From IMG/VR virus record IMGVR_UViG_3300009008_000003: DNA of 64,000 bases; one strand, written 5' to 3'. Origin of the DNA: a virus. Of this stretch, positions 17,618 through 27,019 are shown in pieces. The position numbers and the translations under genes were made by a program. Below the pieces are notes generated by a model. The model was given only the letters and a program-made list of their open reading frames with translations. It had not been told where the DNA came from and did no database searches. Each line of letters opens with the position of its first letter. Within the stretch, counting starts at the first letter, position 1.

Positions 17618-19886
17618 ATTAGTAAAAGCAAAAGTTTATTTAGAAGGAATACAAGTTCCTTTTACCAGAGTACAAATAGTAGAAAGAGAAAATGCTCCGC
17701 CTACGTGTTCCATTAACTTTTCAACTAACGATCGTTTTTTAAATTTATTACCTAAAACAGTGTGTCACGTTTTTTATTATCATAACGGTGCTTATAGGCT
17801 AATATATACAGGGGAATTAACTTCTGTAGGTTTTCAAAAAACGACAGGTAGTAGAAGTGTAAACGCTAACTTCGTCGGGTTTACTACAAACTGGAGAGAT
17901 TTTGTAATGGGGGTAGCGGGCTTTGGGGGAGAGAATCGTCGCGAGATGACGGATTTTTATCTAATACGAGGTTTGCCAGAAGTTCCCAGCAGTAAGAACG
18001 AAGATCTATTTTTCCAAAAAGCCGAAGCACAGAATTTAGACAAAGACGAACAACCGCACGGAGGAGAATCCTCAGTTCCGGACTATGTTGCTCAGGGTTG
18101 GCATTTTACTAAACGGGCACAGAAAAATTCATTTTTTGACTTAGTTTATAACAAGCTTTTAGACCTGGCAATAACTAGAGAATATGATTCAGACGGCAAT
18201 GAAATACTAGGACCATACAATTATACAGTTCCAAATTTATTAGAAGCCTTGTTTAGAAATTTAAATGATTTTGTCGTATCTTCTAACCCATACTATAATA
18301 TTTTAAACAAGAGATCTAAATTATGGGAACGAGTCTATACTATAAAAAATAGTAACGCCGATGAAATCTTTACTAGACTGATAACTTTCAATAATAGTCC
18401 ATTCCGAGGACACCTTAGAAGTTTAGCGGGTGTCAATAGTTTTAGCACTGTTTTGCAAGGGATATTAGACTACTTCTTATATAGCATCGCGGAAATAGGT
18501 GCGCCAATTTCATATGAAAATGGAAATAAATTTAAAAATATTATACTAAAACCTGACCTCAGTTATGCACTGCCTATAAAATGCAATGTAATTTATCCGG
18601 ACGATATTTCTACTCTAAGTTTTTCTAGAAATTTTGAAAATGAACCAACTAGAATGTCTGCTACATTGGCTCCACAAATATTAAAACGAGGAACTGACCC
18701 GGCAATAGCTGACTTCATGTTTATGGTTCCAAAGATTTGGGTTGATGAAGAAATAAAACCTAATATATGGCTTGAAGAAGAATATTTCGAATATAAGTCT
18801 ATTGGTGCTTGGGCAGCTCATTTTCCACAGGAAGAATCAAAAACTGTTTCTTACCCTGCAGCAGGTCTTAGTTATAGAGAGCTATTGTCTGGTATGCGCG
18901 CTGTTAAAACCGGGTACCCGTCTTCTGTAGAGCTGGCATTTGTTGGCGCTGTATTTCCTACAGACCCGGAAGGCAACCAAGATGATTTCTTTTTTGTAGA
19001 AGCGGAAGGCGTTCACAGTCCATTTTTAGATAAATTAAATAAAAAAGGCAAAAGTAAAGAAGAATACCATGAGCGTGGCTTACTATCCACAGAAGAAATA
19101 GAAGAATACATGGTAAAGGTTCTAGAGGCTAGATTTTATAATGCAAAATTTAGTGCAAGACGCGCAGCTGTATCCACGAGTTATAATCCTAATAGATTGG
19201 TTGGCTTTCCTTCTCTTGTAATAGGTGAAGAAAAACTATCATCATTGGTGGGACTGGTCACGGGTATTACATCCACAATAGATGCTAATGGAAATGCCAC
19301 GCAAGATTTAACTTTGGATAAAGTTAGAATTATAGACGAGCAAACTGAACTTGACACCACATACGAATCTAGAGCCCTGCGGGATTTATTACCACACTTT
19401 GACTATTTTTATGACTCTAGCTATATGCCAGCTAAAATAGGTACTGAACTATATAATGAAATAATGGCTTATGACGATTCGGACAAAGATGGAAGTATAT
19501 ATGAATTTGCTACTCCTGGCATAACCAATAGTAGTTATCTTGGAGTTTCCAATATAACTTATAGCGCTATTTTACATTTAAAAGCTATTCTAAAGAATAG
19601 TAATGACAGGGAGCGTAGACAATTTATAAATATAAATACATCAAGAAATATACCAAGTGAATCAGAGACGTGGAAGTTTTTAGGGGCTGACAGCGCTGTT
19701 TCCTTAGACCATGAAAACAACACGCACTCTATAAAAGATTTAGCTGGTAAAGAATTCGAAGAGAGTGAGCTATGGGATGCAATAATAGATGACCCCGAAG
19801 GCAAAGGTACCAGGAAACTGTTTGTGAAAGAGCGACAAGAAGTCGTGCAAGAAATAATGATATCTAATAATGTGGAGTTAGGATAA
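17610..19886 (+). CDS. Baseplate hub-like protein (gp27/gpD type)
   Basis: KAKVYLEGIQVPF...PPTCSINF N-terminus, NPNRLVGFPSLVI repeat-2 segment; position after the tape measure. Confidence 0.65.
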   Translation: MSKLVKAKVYLEGIQVPFTRVQIVERENAPPTCSINFSTNDRFLNLLPKTVCHVFYYHNGAYRLIYTGELTSVGFQKTTGSRSVNANFVGFTTNWRDFVMGVAGFGGENRREMTDFYLIRGLPEVPSSKNEDLFFQKAEAQNLDKDEQPHGGESSVPDYVAQGWHFTKRAQKNSFFDLVYNKLLDLAITREYDSDGNEILGPYNYTVPNLLEALFRNLNDFVVSSNPYYNILNKRSKLWERVYTIKNSNADEIFTRLITFNNSPFRGHLRSLAGVNSFSTVLQGILDYFLYSIAEIGAPISYENGNKFKNIILKPDLSYALPIKCNVIYPDDISTLSFSRNFENEPTRMSATLAPQILKRGTDPAIADFMFMVPKIWVDEEIKPNIWLEEEYFEYKSIGAWAAHFPQEESKTVSYPAAGLSYRELLSGMRAVKTGYPSSVELAFVGAVFPTDPEGNQDDFFFVEAEGVHSPFLDKLNKKGKSKEEYHERGLLSTEEIEEYMVKVLEARFYNAKFSARRAAVSTSYNPNRLVGFPSLVIGEEKLSSLVGLVTGITSTIDANGNATQDLTLDKVRIIDEQTELDTTYESRALRDLLPHFDYFYDSSYMPAKIGTELYNEIMAYDDSDKDGSIYEFATPGITNSSYLGVSNITYSAILHLKAILKNSNDRERRQFININTSRNIPSESETWKFLGADSAVSLDHENNTHSIKDLAGKEFEESELWDAIIDDPEGKGTRKLFVKERQEVVQEIMISNNVELG

Positions 19887-20950
19887 TGGCAATTGATTAT
19901 GCTACCGTTATAAATAATACAGGGACAGGCGGCGATATCCTACTTAATGCTCCCAATGCGGTTGCGTATTTAGATTCTGCTGGTAGCCGTGGGGTAACAG
20001 GGCGATCTAATATAGTAAATAAGTACGAAACCAAAAACATTGGTATTGATTTTAAACAACAAAGCGCTATGCTATTAACAACGCCAAACCCAAACGCCGG
20101 AAAAGATGCTATTCCATCTATTTTTGGCACAAATCAGTTTTTATTAACAGCTTTTAGGGAAGTGCGACAAGAGAAAGTACAGATACTGGAAACATTTGGT
20201 GCACCATCTTTGTACTTTTTCGACGAAAAAACAAAGGTATACAATATAACCGGAGTTTTATTAGAGGCAAAACCTGCCAATTTAAAACAGCGTTTTGACT
20301 ATGAAGATAATAGCGATTTCACACAAATGCGAAACCAGAGTAAAGAGTGGGTTGGTGGGTTCAAGGAATTTTGGAATACACATCTTAGAGGAAGTAAACT
20401 TGCGGAAAGTGGCAGAATAGCATTGTTAGTTTTTGGTAATGATATAATGTATGGGTATCCAGTGTCTTTTACTTTAAATAAAAGTAGCGCTACTCCAGCG
20501 CATCGTATTTTTAATATGTCTATGATAATTACAGACCATGTTACTAAGGAATCCTATTCTTATTATTATAAGCCATATCTTAGTGAGGATGTTCTGATGA
20601 TTTTACAGCTTGGAAGCATAATGGAACTTACCAGGTTGGACGAAATTTCTCGTATAACAGACTACACTATAGTTAATACTACTACCATTGATAATTTTAT
20701 TAATATTATAGCTAATCAGTTAATTACATTAAAAGAAGACAGAGATGAACTGCTAGCGGAAATAAGGGGATTAGATATGAACACCCCTACTTATGGCAAC
20801 GATGTATTAGTCAAAAATTCGGAAATAGAAGACATTGATGTAAAAATAACAGAACTAGAGACATTCCGTGCAGAGGTAGAAGTAGAGATATTTAAATTAT
20901 CAAATGATAATAACGGGTTACAAATAAAACTAAACGAACAAAGTACATAA
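19886..20950 (+). CDS. Tail/baseplate-associated protein with C-terminal coiled coil
   Basis: FLLTAFREVRQEKVQILETFG..YFF beta-rich N-terminus; context only. Confidence 0.5.
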   Translation: MAIDYATVINNTGTGGDILLNAPNAVAYLDSAGSRGVTGRSNIVNKYETKNIGIDFKQQSAMLLTTPNPNAGKDAIPSIFGTNQFLLTAFREVRQEKVQILETFGAPSLYFFDEKTKVYNITGVLLEAKPANLKQRFDYEDNSDFTQMRNQSKEWVGGFKEFWNTHLRGSKLAESGRIALLVFGNDIMYGYPVSFTLNKSSATPAHRIFNMSMIITDHVTKESYSYYYKPYLSEDVLMILQLGSIMELTRLDEISRITDYTIVNTTTIDNFINIIANQLITLKEDRDELLAEIRGLDMNTPTYGNDVLVKNSEIEDIDVKITELETFRAEVEVEIFKLSNDNNGLQIKLNEQST

Positions 20951-20951
20951 T

Positions 20952-21683
20952 ATGCCAACATTACAAGAGCGTAAGCAAGAAGAAATGAAAATGTGGGAAG
21001 CTTGGAAAACTGGGGATAATAAAGCACTTCCAAGTTTATTGACCAGTATGGACCCACTAATACAACAACAAGTATCTAAATACTCCACATCGGGCTTACC
21101 TAGGGTTGCCCTGGAAACGCAGGCTCGTAAATTAGCATACGATAGTTTTCATACTTACGACCCCAGTAAGGCTGGTTTAAATACACATGTTGTAAATAAC
21201 ATGAGACATATGCAACGCTTTGTAATTGAATATCAGAACGTTGGCAAGATTCCAGAGCATCGCGGTATTCTGATAACAAAGTACAATAACACCTACAGGC
21301 TCTTAGAAAATAAATTAGGTAGAGAACCTAGCCTAGCTGAGTTATCGGCCGATCTAGGGTGGTCTTTGGCCGAAACAGAGCGTATGCAGATGGAGCTTCG
21401 TAAGGATTTAACCATTGTACAAGAGTCAGGAGAAGAAGATGACTCTTCCGCGTTCTTTGATAGTAAACTTTACGAGACAGATAAGCTAAAAGATTATATT
21501 AGCTTCGTGTATCACAGCGCGTCTATGGAAGATAAAAAAATAATAGAATACTCTTTTGGTATTGGTGGTAGACAGCCACTTAAGGTAAAAGAGATAGCCA
21601 AAAAGCTTAACAAATCAGAATCATATATCAGAAAACGTAGAGCTATTATTGCCGAACAAATACAAGCTCATAGGAAATTTTAA
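20952..21683 (+). CDS. Phage-encoded sigma70-family factor (FliA/SigF-like size, regions 2-4)
   Basis: Region 2 (LIQQQVSKY..YDPSKAGLNTHV), region 3 LGREPSLAELSADLG, region 4 HTH FGIGGRQPLKVKEIAKKLNKSESYIRK. Confidence 0.85.
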   Translation: MPTLQERKQEEMKMWEAWKTGDNKALPSLLTSMDPLIQQQVSKYSTSGLPRVALETQARKLAYDSFHTYDPSKAGLNTHVVNNMRHMQRFVIEYQNVGKIPEHRGILITKYNNTYRLLENKLGREPSLAELSADLGWSLAETERMQMELRKDLTIVQESGEEDDSSAFFDSKLYETDKLKDYISFVYHSASMEDKKIIEYSFGIGGRQPLKVKEIAKKLNKSESYIRKRRAIIAEQIQAHRKF

Positions 21684-23611
21684 TGGGTTGCTTTGACTCT
21701 ATAAGAGATGAAATAGAAAAACAAAAAGAACACCTTGGCGGTGATATAAATTCGTCTAATTTTAGCTCAGTGAACACCAACGCTGGCATTATGAACTTAC
21801 TTAATAATATAGCCATTGGTCCTTTGGCAAACGTTATTCTGGGAGTTACCCAATCTTTGATTCATGTAGTTAGAGATAGAGTAGCAGATGGTCAAGATAT
21901 AATAAACGAAATAGTAGATACAGCTACCACTATAGGACCAGCCATAACTGTCGGGTTTGATTTAGCACTTAAAAAAAGATTGGCACAAACACTTAAAGAT
22001 AACTTAGAAGCAAGAAGAATTGCTACTCGTAATATATACGCAGCCTTAGAAGATATATTTAATATTTTAGAAGGCCTCTTTTATGCTTATGTCTTAGAAG
22101 ATAATTTGGATGATGCATACGCTGCCATAACACAAGCTTTAAAGTATTTAAACGCAGCTACTAATTTACTTGGTCAACCTGAGCCGGGTTATATAGCCAT
22201 ACAAAACAACATAAGCATTGCTCACACTAATGTTGTAGTTGCTTTGAATTACTTGCATTACAATACAGAGGTAGCAGAGCAAGCAGGAGCTATACTTGAT
22301 AATATATTTAGAGATGGTGCCAATTCAGAAGAAATAGAAGACCAGATAAATGATGTTATTGAGAATTATAGAGATACAATAGGCACTATTTTTAAGGTGG
22401 TGGCCGATAGGCTGTTAGCAGATTTACAAATAATTGCAGATAATTTACCAACAACTTTACCAAATTTGCAAATAGATGCCTATACTTTAGATTACGAAGG
22501 CATTGGCGCTATAAACATTATTTCTTTCGAGGGTATTATAGAATCCCTAAAGGTGGGGGTTATACCAACTAGTTTAGCTATAAAAGCAGTTACTACCGCT
22601 TTATTAAATTTTGATACTGACTATTCTAATTTAACTAACTCCTCCCAGCTAGCATTAAACAGATTACTAGATATATATAATAAATTAAGAGCAACGCACA
22701 GTGATATAGGCGGTTATCTAGCCGATGCAGAATTATCGGGAGGCAGTGTTAATGATTTTAGATTGGGGTGGAAAAAAACTGAGTGGATCTGGGATCTGGT
22801 AGATATAGAGACAAAGCTACGAAATGATAGCTCCGTAAATTTACTAATAGACCAAGAACGGGAAGAAGCTTTACAAACCGAAGCTTTTAATGATTTAATA
22901 GCTTGGTTAAGCAGAGTAGATGAGAACGATGACTATATTTATCAAGAATCATTAGAAGGTGTGGCTGGATCTATAGGTCTATTTTGCACAGAAGCTCTGA
23001 GATTAATTACTGGGTTTACAAACAGTAGTAATAGACAAAGATTAAAAGATCTAACTGGCAATATTTTAGTACAATTAAACAATGCTATTATAGAAGATGG
23101 ACGTCTACTTACAAAAACAAATACATTTTTAGAAAGTATACCAGAAGACATCATCAGTGATGCAGAGAATTTCATTCTGCATGTTACAGAATATCTTGAT
23201 AGCATAGACTTTTCTGCATCTTCAAGTATTATAAAAACAGGAATGATGGCCTCTGCTGTAACATCCACTATGAATGCTTCTCTATCGCTGGCTAGTGATG
23301 CTGCATCAATTACCAGCGGGTTGAACATGTTGGTGGCTAGCACTGCTAGTAATGTGATAAACTGTTTTCAAGATAATGGAAGTACAAAAGCTAGCGCAGA
23401 CACTGGTACTTTACCAAGCGCTCTAGAAACAGAAGAACAAGTACAACAAGAAGCTAATGAACGTACTTTGAGGGATAATAAATTCTTTCAACAATTTTAT
23501 GAAATGATTTTAGAATCTCCTCTAAAGGATATATCACCAAACGAAGGCCCTATGCACGATCCTGATGACCCCCCTAAATATGGCGAAGAGGATCATAGGA
23601 GATTAGTATGA
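21683..23611 (+). CDS. Large helical hypothetical virion protein
   Basis: 642 aa, coupled by TAATG to the sigma gene; inside the baseplate cluster; no recognisable motif. Confidence 0.55.
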   Translation: MGCFDSIRDEIEKQKEHLGGDINSSNFSSVNTNAGIMNLLNNIAIGPLANVILGVTQSLIHVVRDRVADGQDIINEIVDTATTIGPAITVGFDLALKKRLAQTLKDNLEARRIATRNIYAALEDIFNILEGLFYAYVLEDNLDDAYAAITQALKYLNAATNLLGQPEPGYIAIQNNISIAHTNVVVALNYLHYNTEVAEQAGAILDNIFRDGANSEEIEDQINDVIENYRDTIGTIFKVVADRLLADLQIIADNLPTTLPNLQIDAYTLDYEGIGAINIISFEGIIESLKVGVIPTSLAIKAVTTALLNFDTDYSNLTNSSQLALNRLLDIYNKLRATHSDIGGYLADAELSGGSVNDFRLGWKKTEWIWDLVDIETKLRNDSSVNLLIDQEREEALQTEAFNDLIAWLSRVDENDDYIYQESLEGVAGSIGLFCTEALRLITGFTNSSNRQRLKDLTGNILVQLNNAIIEDGRLLTKTNTFLESIPEDIISDAENFILHVTEYLDSIDFSASSSIIKTGMMASAVTSTMNASLSLASDAASITSGLNMLVASTASNVINCFQDNGSTKASADTGTLPSALETEEQVQQEANERTLRDNKFFQQFYEMILESPLKDISPNEGPMHDPDDPPKYGEEDHRRLV

Positions 23612-24045
23612 GACAAAGATATAGAGATATAAAGGTAGTAAATATAAATGCATCCACAAATAGAGCCGAATTTAAGTTGGATGAAAATAACGTATCAGCA
23701 TTGACTAATGAGGAAACCTTTTTACAATATATAGTGAAGGTTCTTTTGAATACTAAGGGCACTAATGGCTATAATCCATCAATAGGCACTTATTTAAATT
23801 CTTTTATAAATAAAGGATTTACCTTAGACGGTATAGAGGATAGTAAAACAGATATTGCGGTAGCAGTAAAACAGGCTGTTGAGAGTATTAAAGCAGAACA
23901 GGCTAAAATACCATCATTGCCTACTAGCCAACAACTAAAAAATATTGAAATAATAAAAATAAATTATTCAAAAGAAGCACAAACGTGGCATATTTTTTTA
24001 GCTATAACATCAAAGAATGATTTAAGGTATAGCATAACAATTTGA
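23608..24045 (+). CDS. Baseplate wedge subunit, gp25-like
   Basis: FLQYIVKVLLNTKGTNGYNPSIGTYL pattern and size; precedes baseplate J. Confidence 0.7.
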   Translation: MRQRYRDIKVVNINASTNRAEFKLDENNVSALTNEETFLQYIVKVLLNTKGTNGYNPSIGTYLNSFINKGFTLDGIEDSKTDIAVAVKQAVESIKAEQAKIPSLPTSQQLKNIEIIKINYSKEAQTWHIFLAITSKNDLRYSITI

Positions 24046-24052
24046 GGATTGG

Positions 24053-25270
24053 ATGTCTTATTTATCAACATTAACGCAGCTTACAGAGAAATTAAAACTA
24101 AAGCTTAGACAATTAGACCCTAGCTTAGATTTACGAGATGGATCTGCTATAAACGATCTTGTGGTTTTCCCAATTGCTTCTATGCTAGAACCCTATGAAG
24201 CAGTACATGAAGCTAACATACAAAAAGCAATGATAAATTCTTCTGGGTTATCAGAGGATGACCTGGATATTATAGCTTCAAATTTCTTTATTGAAAGGGA
24301 ATCCGGTACTAAAGCAACCGGTAATGTTAGAATATACTTTTCTAGTAAAAAGAATATAACTATACCAGTTGGAAGCAGGTTTAAATCAAAAAGTGGTTTA
24401 ATATATAAAGCTACAAAAACTCGATATGTAACCGCAGATGCTATGGGGTTGGAAAGATATCCTTATTATAGTTCCAATGATATACCAGTAGAAGCAGAAG
24501 AGATGGGGGATGTTTATAGGGTAGATGCTGGAGAAATAACTGAATGGGTAGACAGGACAACTAGTTATCAAGCTGTAACTAATATTGTAGCCATAACTGG
24601 AGGGGTTGATAAAGAAACAAATGCAGAATTATATGATAGACTATTGGTATCACAAAATGTACAAGCAGCTACTTCTACCGGCGGGATAAATAAAGTTCTA
24701 ATAAATAATTACCCTAATGTGCAGAATGTAGGAATTGTAGGAGCCGGTGATACTCTAATGATACGAGATCTAAATTATGACCGCGGACAATTAGAAAATT
24801 ATAATAAAATAGACTTTAACGGTTGCAAACAGTGGCAGCATTGGGCTCCTTATAATAAGTCAGTGATAATGATGGGAAAGACCGGTAGCGACCCGTATAC
24901 TGTAAGTGGAGTATATGATTTTCCTGTACCTAGTGTCTTTTTACAAGAAGTAACAGATGATATGTATTTAGGAGTCTACGCGGAAGATAGTTATTACTGT
25001 ACGGCCGGGCTACAAGAGCTTTTATACGATAATTTTAACCCATCCGGTGTACATATGTCAGGTCTATCGCCTGTGTGGTTCGCTTCTACCACAGAAAGAG
25101 GCTTAAGCAGCGCAACTAAAGAAATTATATGGGAAGATAATATGGTAAGACTTGGAGTTCAAGAGTATGATGTAAGCTCTGTATATTTATCTGAAGCTAT
25201 TCTTGATGCAGTATTGTCTGGCCTGGAAATGGAATTAGAAAGAGTAGAATTACCGGGAGACATTATATAA
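24053..25270 (+). CDS. Baseplate J-like wedge protein (N-terminal part)
   Basis: LDLRDGSAINDL, LDIIASNFFIERESGTKATGNVR, IPVEAEEMGDVYRVDAGEI, VTNIVAITGGVDKETNAEL. Confidence 0.85.
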   Translation: MSYLSTLTQLTEKLKLKLRQLDPSLDLRDGSAINDLVVFPIASMLEPYEAVHEANIQKAMINSSGLSEDDLDIIASNFFIERESGTKATGNVRIYFSSKKNITIPVGSRFKSKSGLIYKATKTRYVTADAMGLERYPYYSSNDIPVEAEEMGDVYRVDAGEITEWVDRTTSYQAVTNIVAITGGVDKETNAELYDRLLVSQNVQAATSTGGINKVLINNYPNVQNVGIVGAGDTLMIRDLNYDRGQLENYNKIDFNGCKQWQHWAPYNKSVIMMGKTGSDPYTVSGVYDFPVPSVFLQEVTDDMYLGVYAEDSYYCTAGLQELLYDNFNPSGVHMSGLSPVWFASTTERGLSSATKEIIWEDNMVRLGVQEYDVSSVYLSEAILDAVLSGLEMELERVELPGDII

Positions 25271-26943
25271 TGAGCAGAATAGTAGAACATCACGAAAATC
25301 CTTCTGTGCCAATTGAAAGGGTTGATAATGCTTTTGTTGCATTAAACAACTTAGTGCTAGATAGTAAAACTAGAAAATCATATAATGAAAGTCCGGTATT
25401 ACATACTATTTTAACACAGGATAATGGTATAGAAATCACTGGAACTTTTAAAACGAACGACGCTACAACTGACGGACAGTTTTCTTATGTAACCGTACGT
25501 AAACAGCACAATTCCCCCATTGCCTGGGATGGTTTGGGGTTTGCTTGGAGAAAAGGGGATGGTAGTGATTATAATGTGTACATCGTGGATAACAATGCTT
25601 TAGAAGAAGATGTTATTATGATGGGCGAGCAGGTAGTACAAACAGGAGGTATAAATAAGTTTTTAGCTGCTGGTAAATGTACTATAACCGCTAATAGCAC
25701 TTACTATTTCAAAATGACTATTAATGAATATAATAGTGTAGCTGTTTATATAGACGACGCAGATGCAACTACAAAAATAGTAGAGATAGGACCAACTTGG
25801 GATAGTGTGTATACACCAGCGGCCAATGGGACAGATTTTGGCGTGTCTGTGTTGACTTCGCGCGGGTATAGTTGGTGGTACGACACAATACAAATTTCAT
25901 CGACTTTATCAAACTGGTCAAATGTCTTATTAAAATTTTATACCCCAAGTTCCCAAATTTCTGACACTCAACAAGCAAATGTTTATATAAATGCTATAGG
26001 GACTTGGAATATTAATACCTGTAGCGGGTTAACTGCTCTTATATATAATGTAGATAATAGTGCATATGAGTTATTGGAAACCCGTTATGATTCTTTAATG
26101 TCTGAAGGAATAATAGAGGTAACAACGGCCTCCGGCATTAGTTCTTATAGGGATACATCTGATTATGTAAATGTACTGCTAACCACAGTCAGCGGATACG
26201 ATGATGCTACCATTTCCTTAAATTATGCCTATATTGATAATATTCTTTTATCCGGCATACACACTGGTAATTTTGTAGATATTTATGTAAATTCGCCAGA
26301 TGATATAACATTTGATACTGTAGAAGATGTTAGTGTATCTGATGATCAAGTATCACTTACAGCTGATAATTTTACACTGCCGGTAGCTCAGGTAGATGCT
26401 GTAAGACTAAACGCAACCGGCGATGATTTAGAATTTAAAGTAATGCCGAACACTAAATCTTTTTACGGGTCTACAAGCACGGATGCTTATATTCAACTGT
26501 ATAGTGATTATATTGCCGGTACCATTGATATAGATTATAGGTACTTATTAACCGGATCAGGCATGCAAGCTTTAGTTCAAACTTCAGAATTCAGGGGACT
26601 TGGTCAGAGTAATCTTATAAAAACAATGCCCATGATACTTATCAATTTTGATACAGTTTTGTATACCGGTGGACCAGACTTAGAAGTCTTAAAGACAAAA
26701 CTTAAAGATTGGGTAAATGCTTTAGATACGTCATTTGAGGTCACCGATCTAATTGCTTATATGTATCAATTAGGCGTACAATATATTGATCTTACCACTT
26801 TTAAAATAAAGTATACAAAATATAACACTGTGGGAACAAGATTAGTAAACGGTGCCGAATTAGTATCATCCTATACTTTAGATAGTTTAGAAAACTTTTA
26901 CACTGATACCAATGAAATGGCTGGCATAATTCGCACAGCATGA
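25270..26943 (+). CDS. Baseplate wedge-associated protein; C-terminus resembles the end of baseplate J
   Basis: TAATG-coupled; beta-sandwich N-half; C-terminal LKDWVNAL..FEVTDLIAYM..GVQYID. Confidence 0.55.
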   Translation: MSRIVEHHENPSVPIERVDNAFVALNNLVLDSKTRKSYNESPVLHTILTQDNGIEITGTFKTNDATTDGQFSYVTVRKQHNSPIAWDGLGFAWRKGDGSDYNVYIVDNNALEEDVIMMGEQVVQTGGINKFLAAGKCTITANSTYYFKMTINEYNSVAVYIDDADATTKIVEIGPTWDSVYTPAANGTDFGVSVLTSRGYSWWYDTIQISSTLSNWSNVLLKFYTPSSQISDTQQANVYINAIGTWNINTCSGLTALIYNVDNSAYELLETRYDSLMSEGIIEVTTASGISSYRDTSDYVNVLLTTVSGYDDATISLNYAYIDNILLSGIHTGNFVDIYVNSPDDITFDTVEDVSVSDDQVSLTADNFTLPVAQVDAVRLNATGDDLEFKVMPNTKSFYGSTSTDAYIQLYSDYIAGTIDIDYRYLLTGSGMQALVQTSEFRGLGQSNLIKTMPMILINFDTVLYTGGPDLEVLKTKLKDWVNALDTSFEVTDLIAYMYQLGVQYIDLTTFKIKYTKYNTVGTRLVNGAELVSSYTLDSLENFYTDTNEMAGIIRTA

Positions 26944-27019
26944 AAATAAATAATACTTATAAGCGGATTAATAAAAGACGTATCGCCACAATAACACAAT
27001 TACATTATAGGACGTTATA

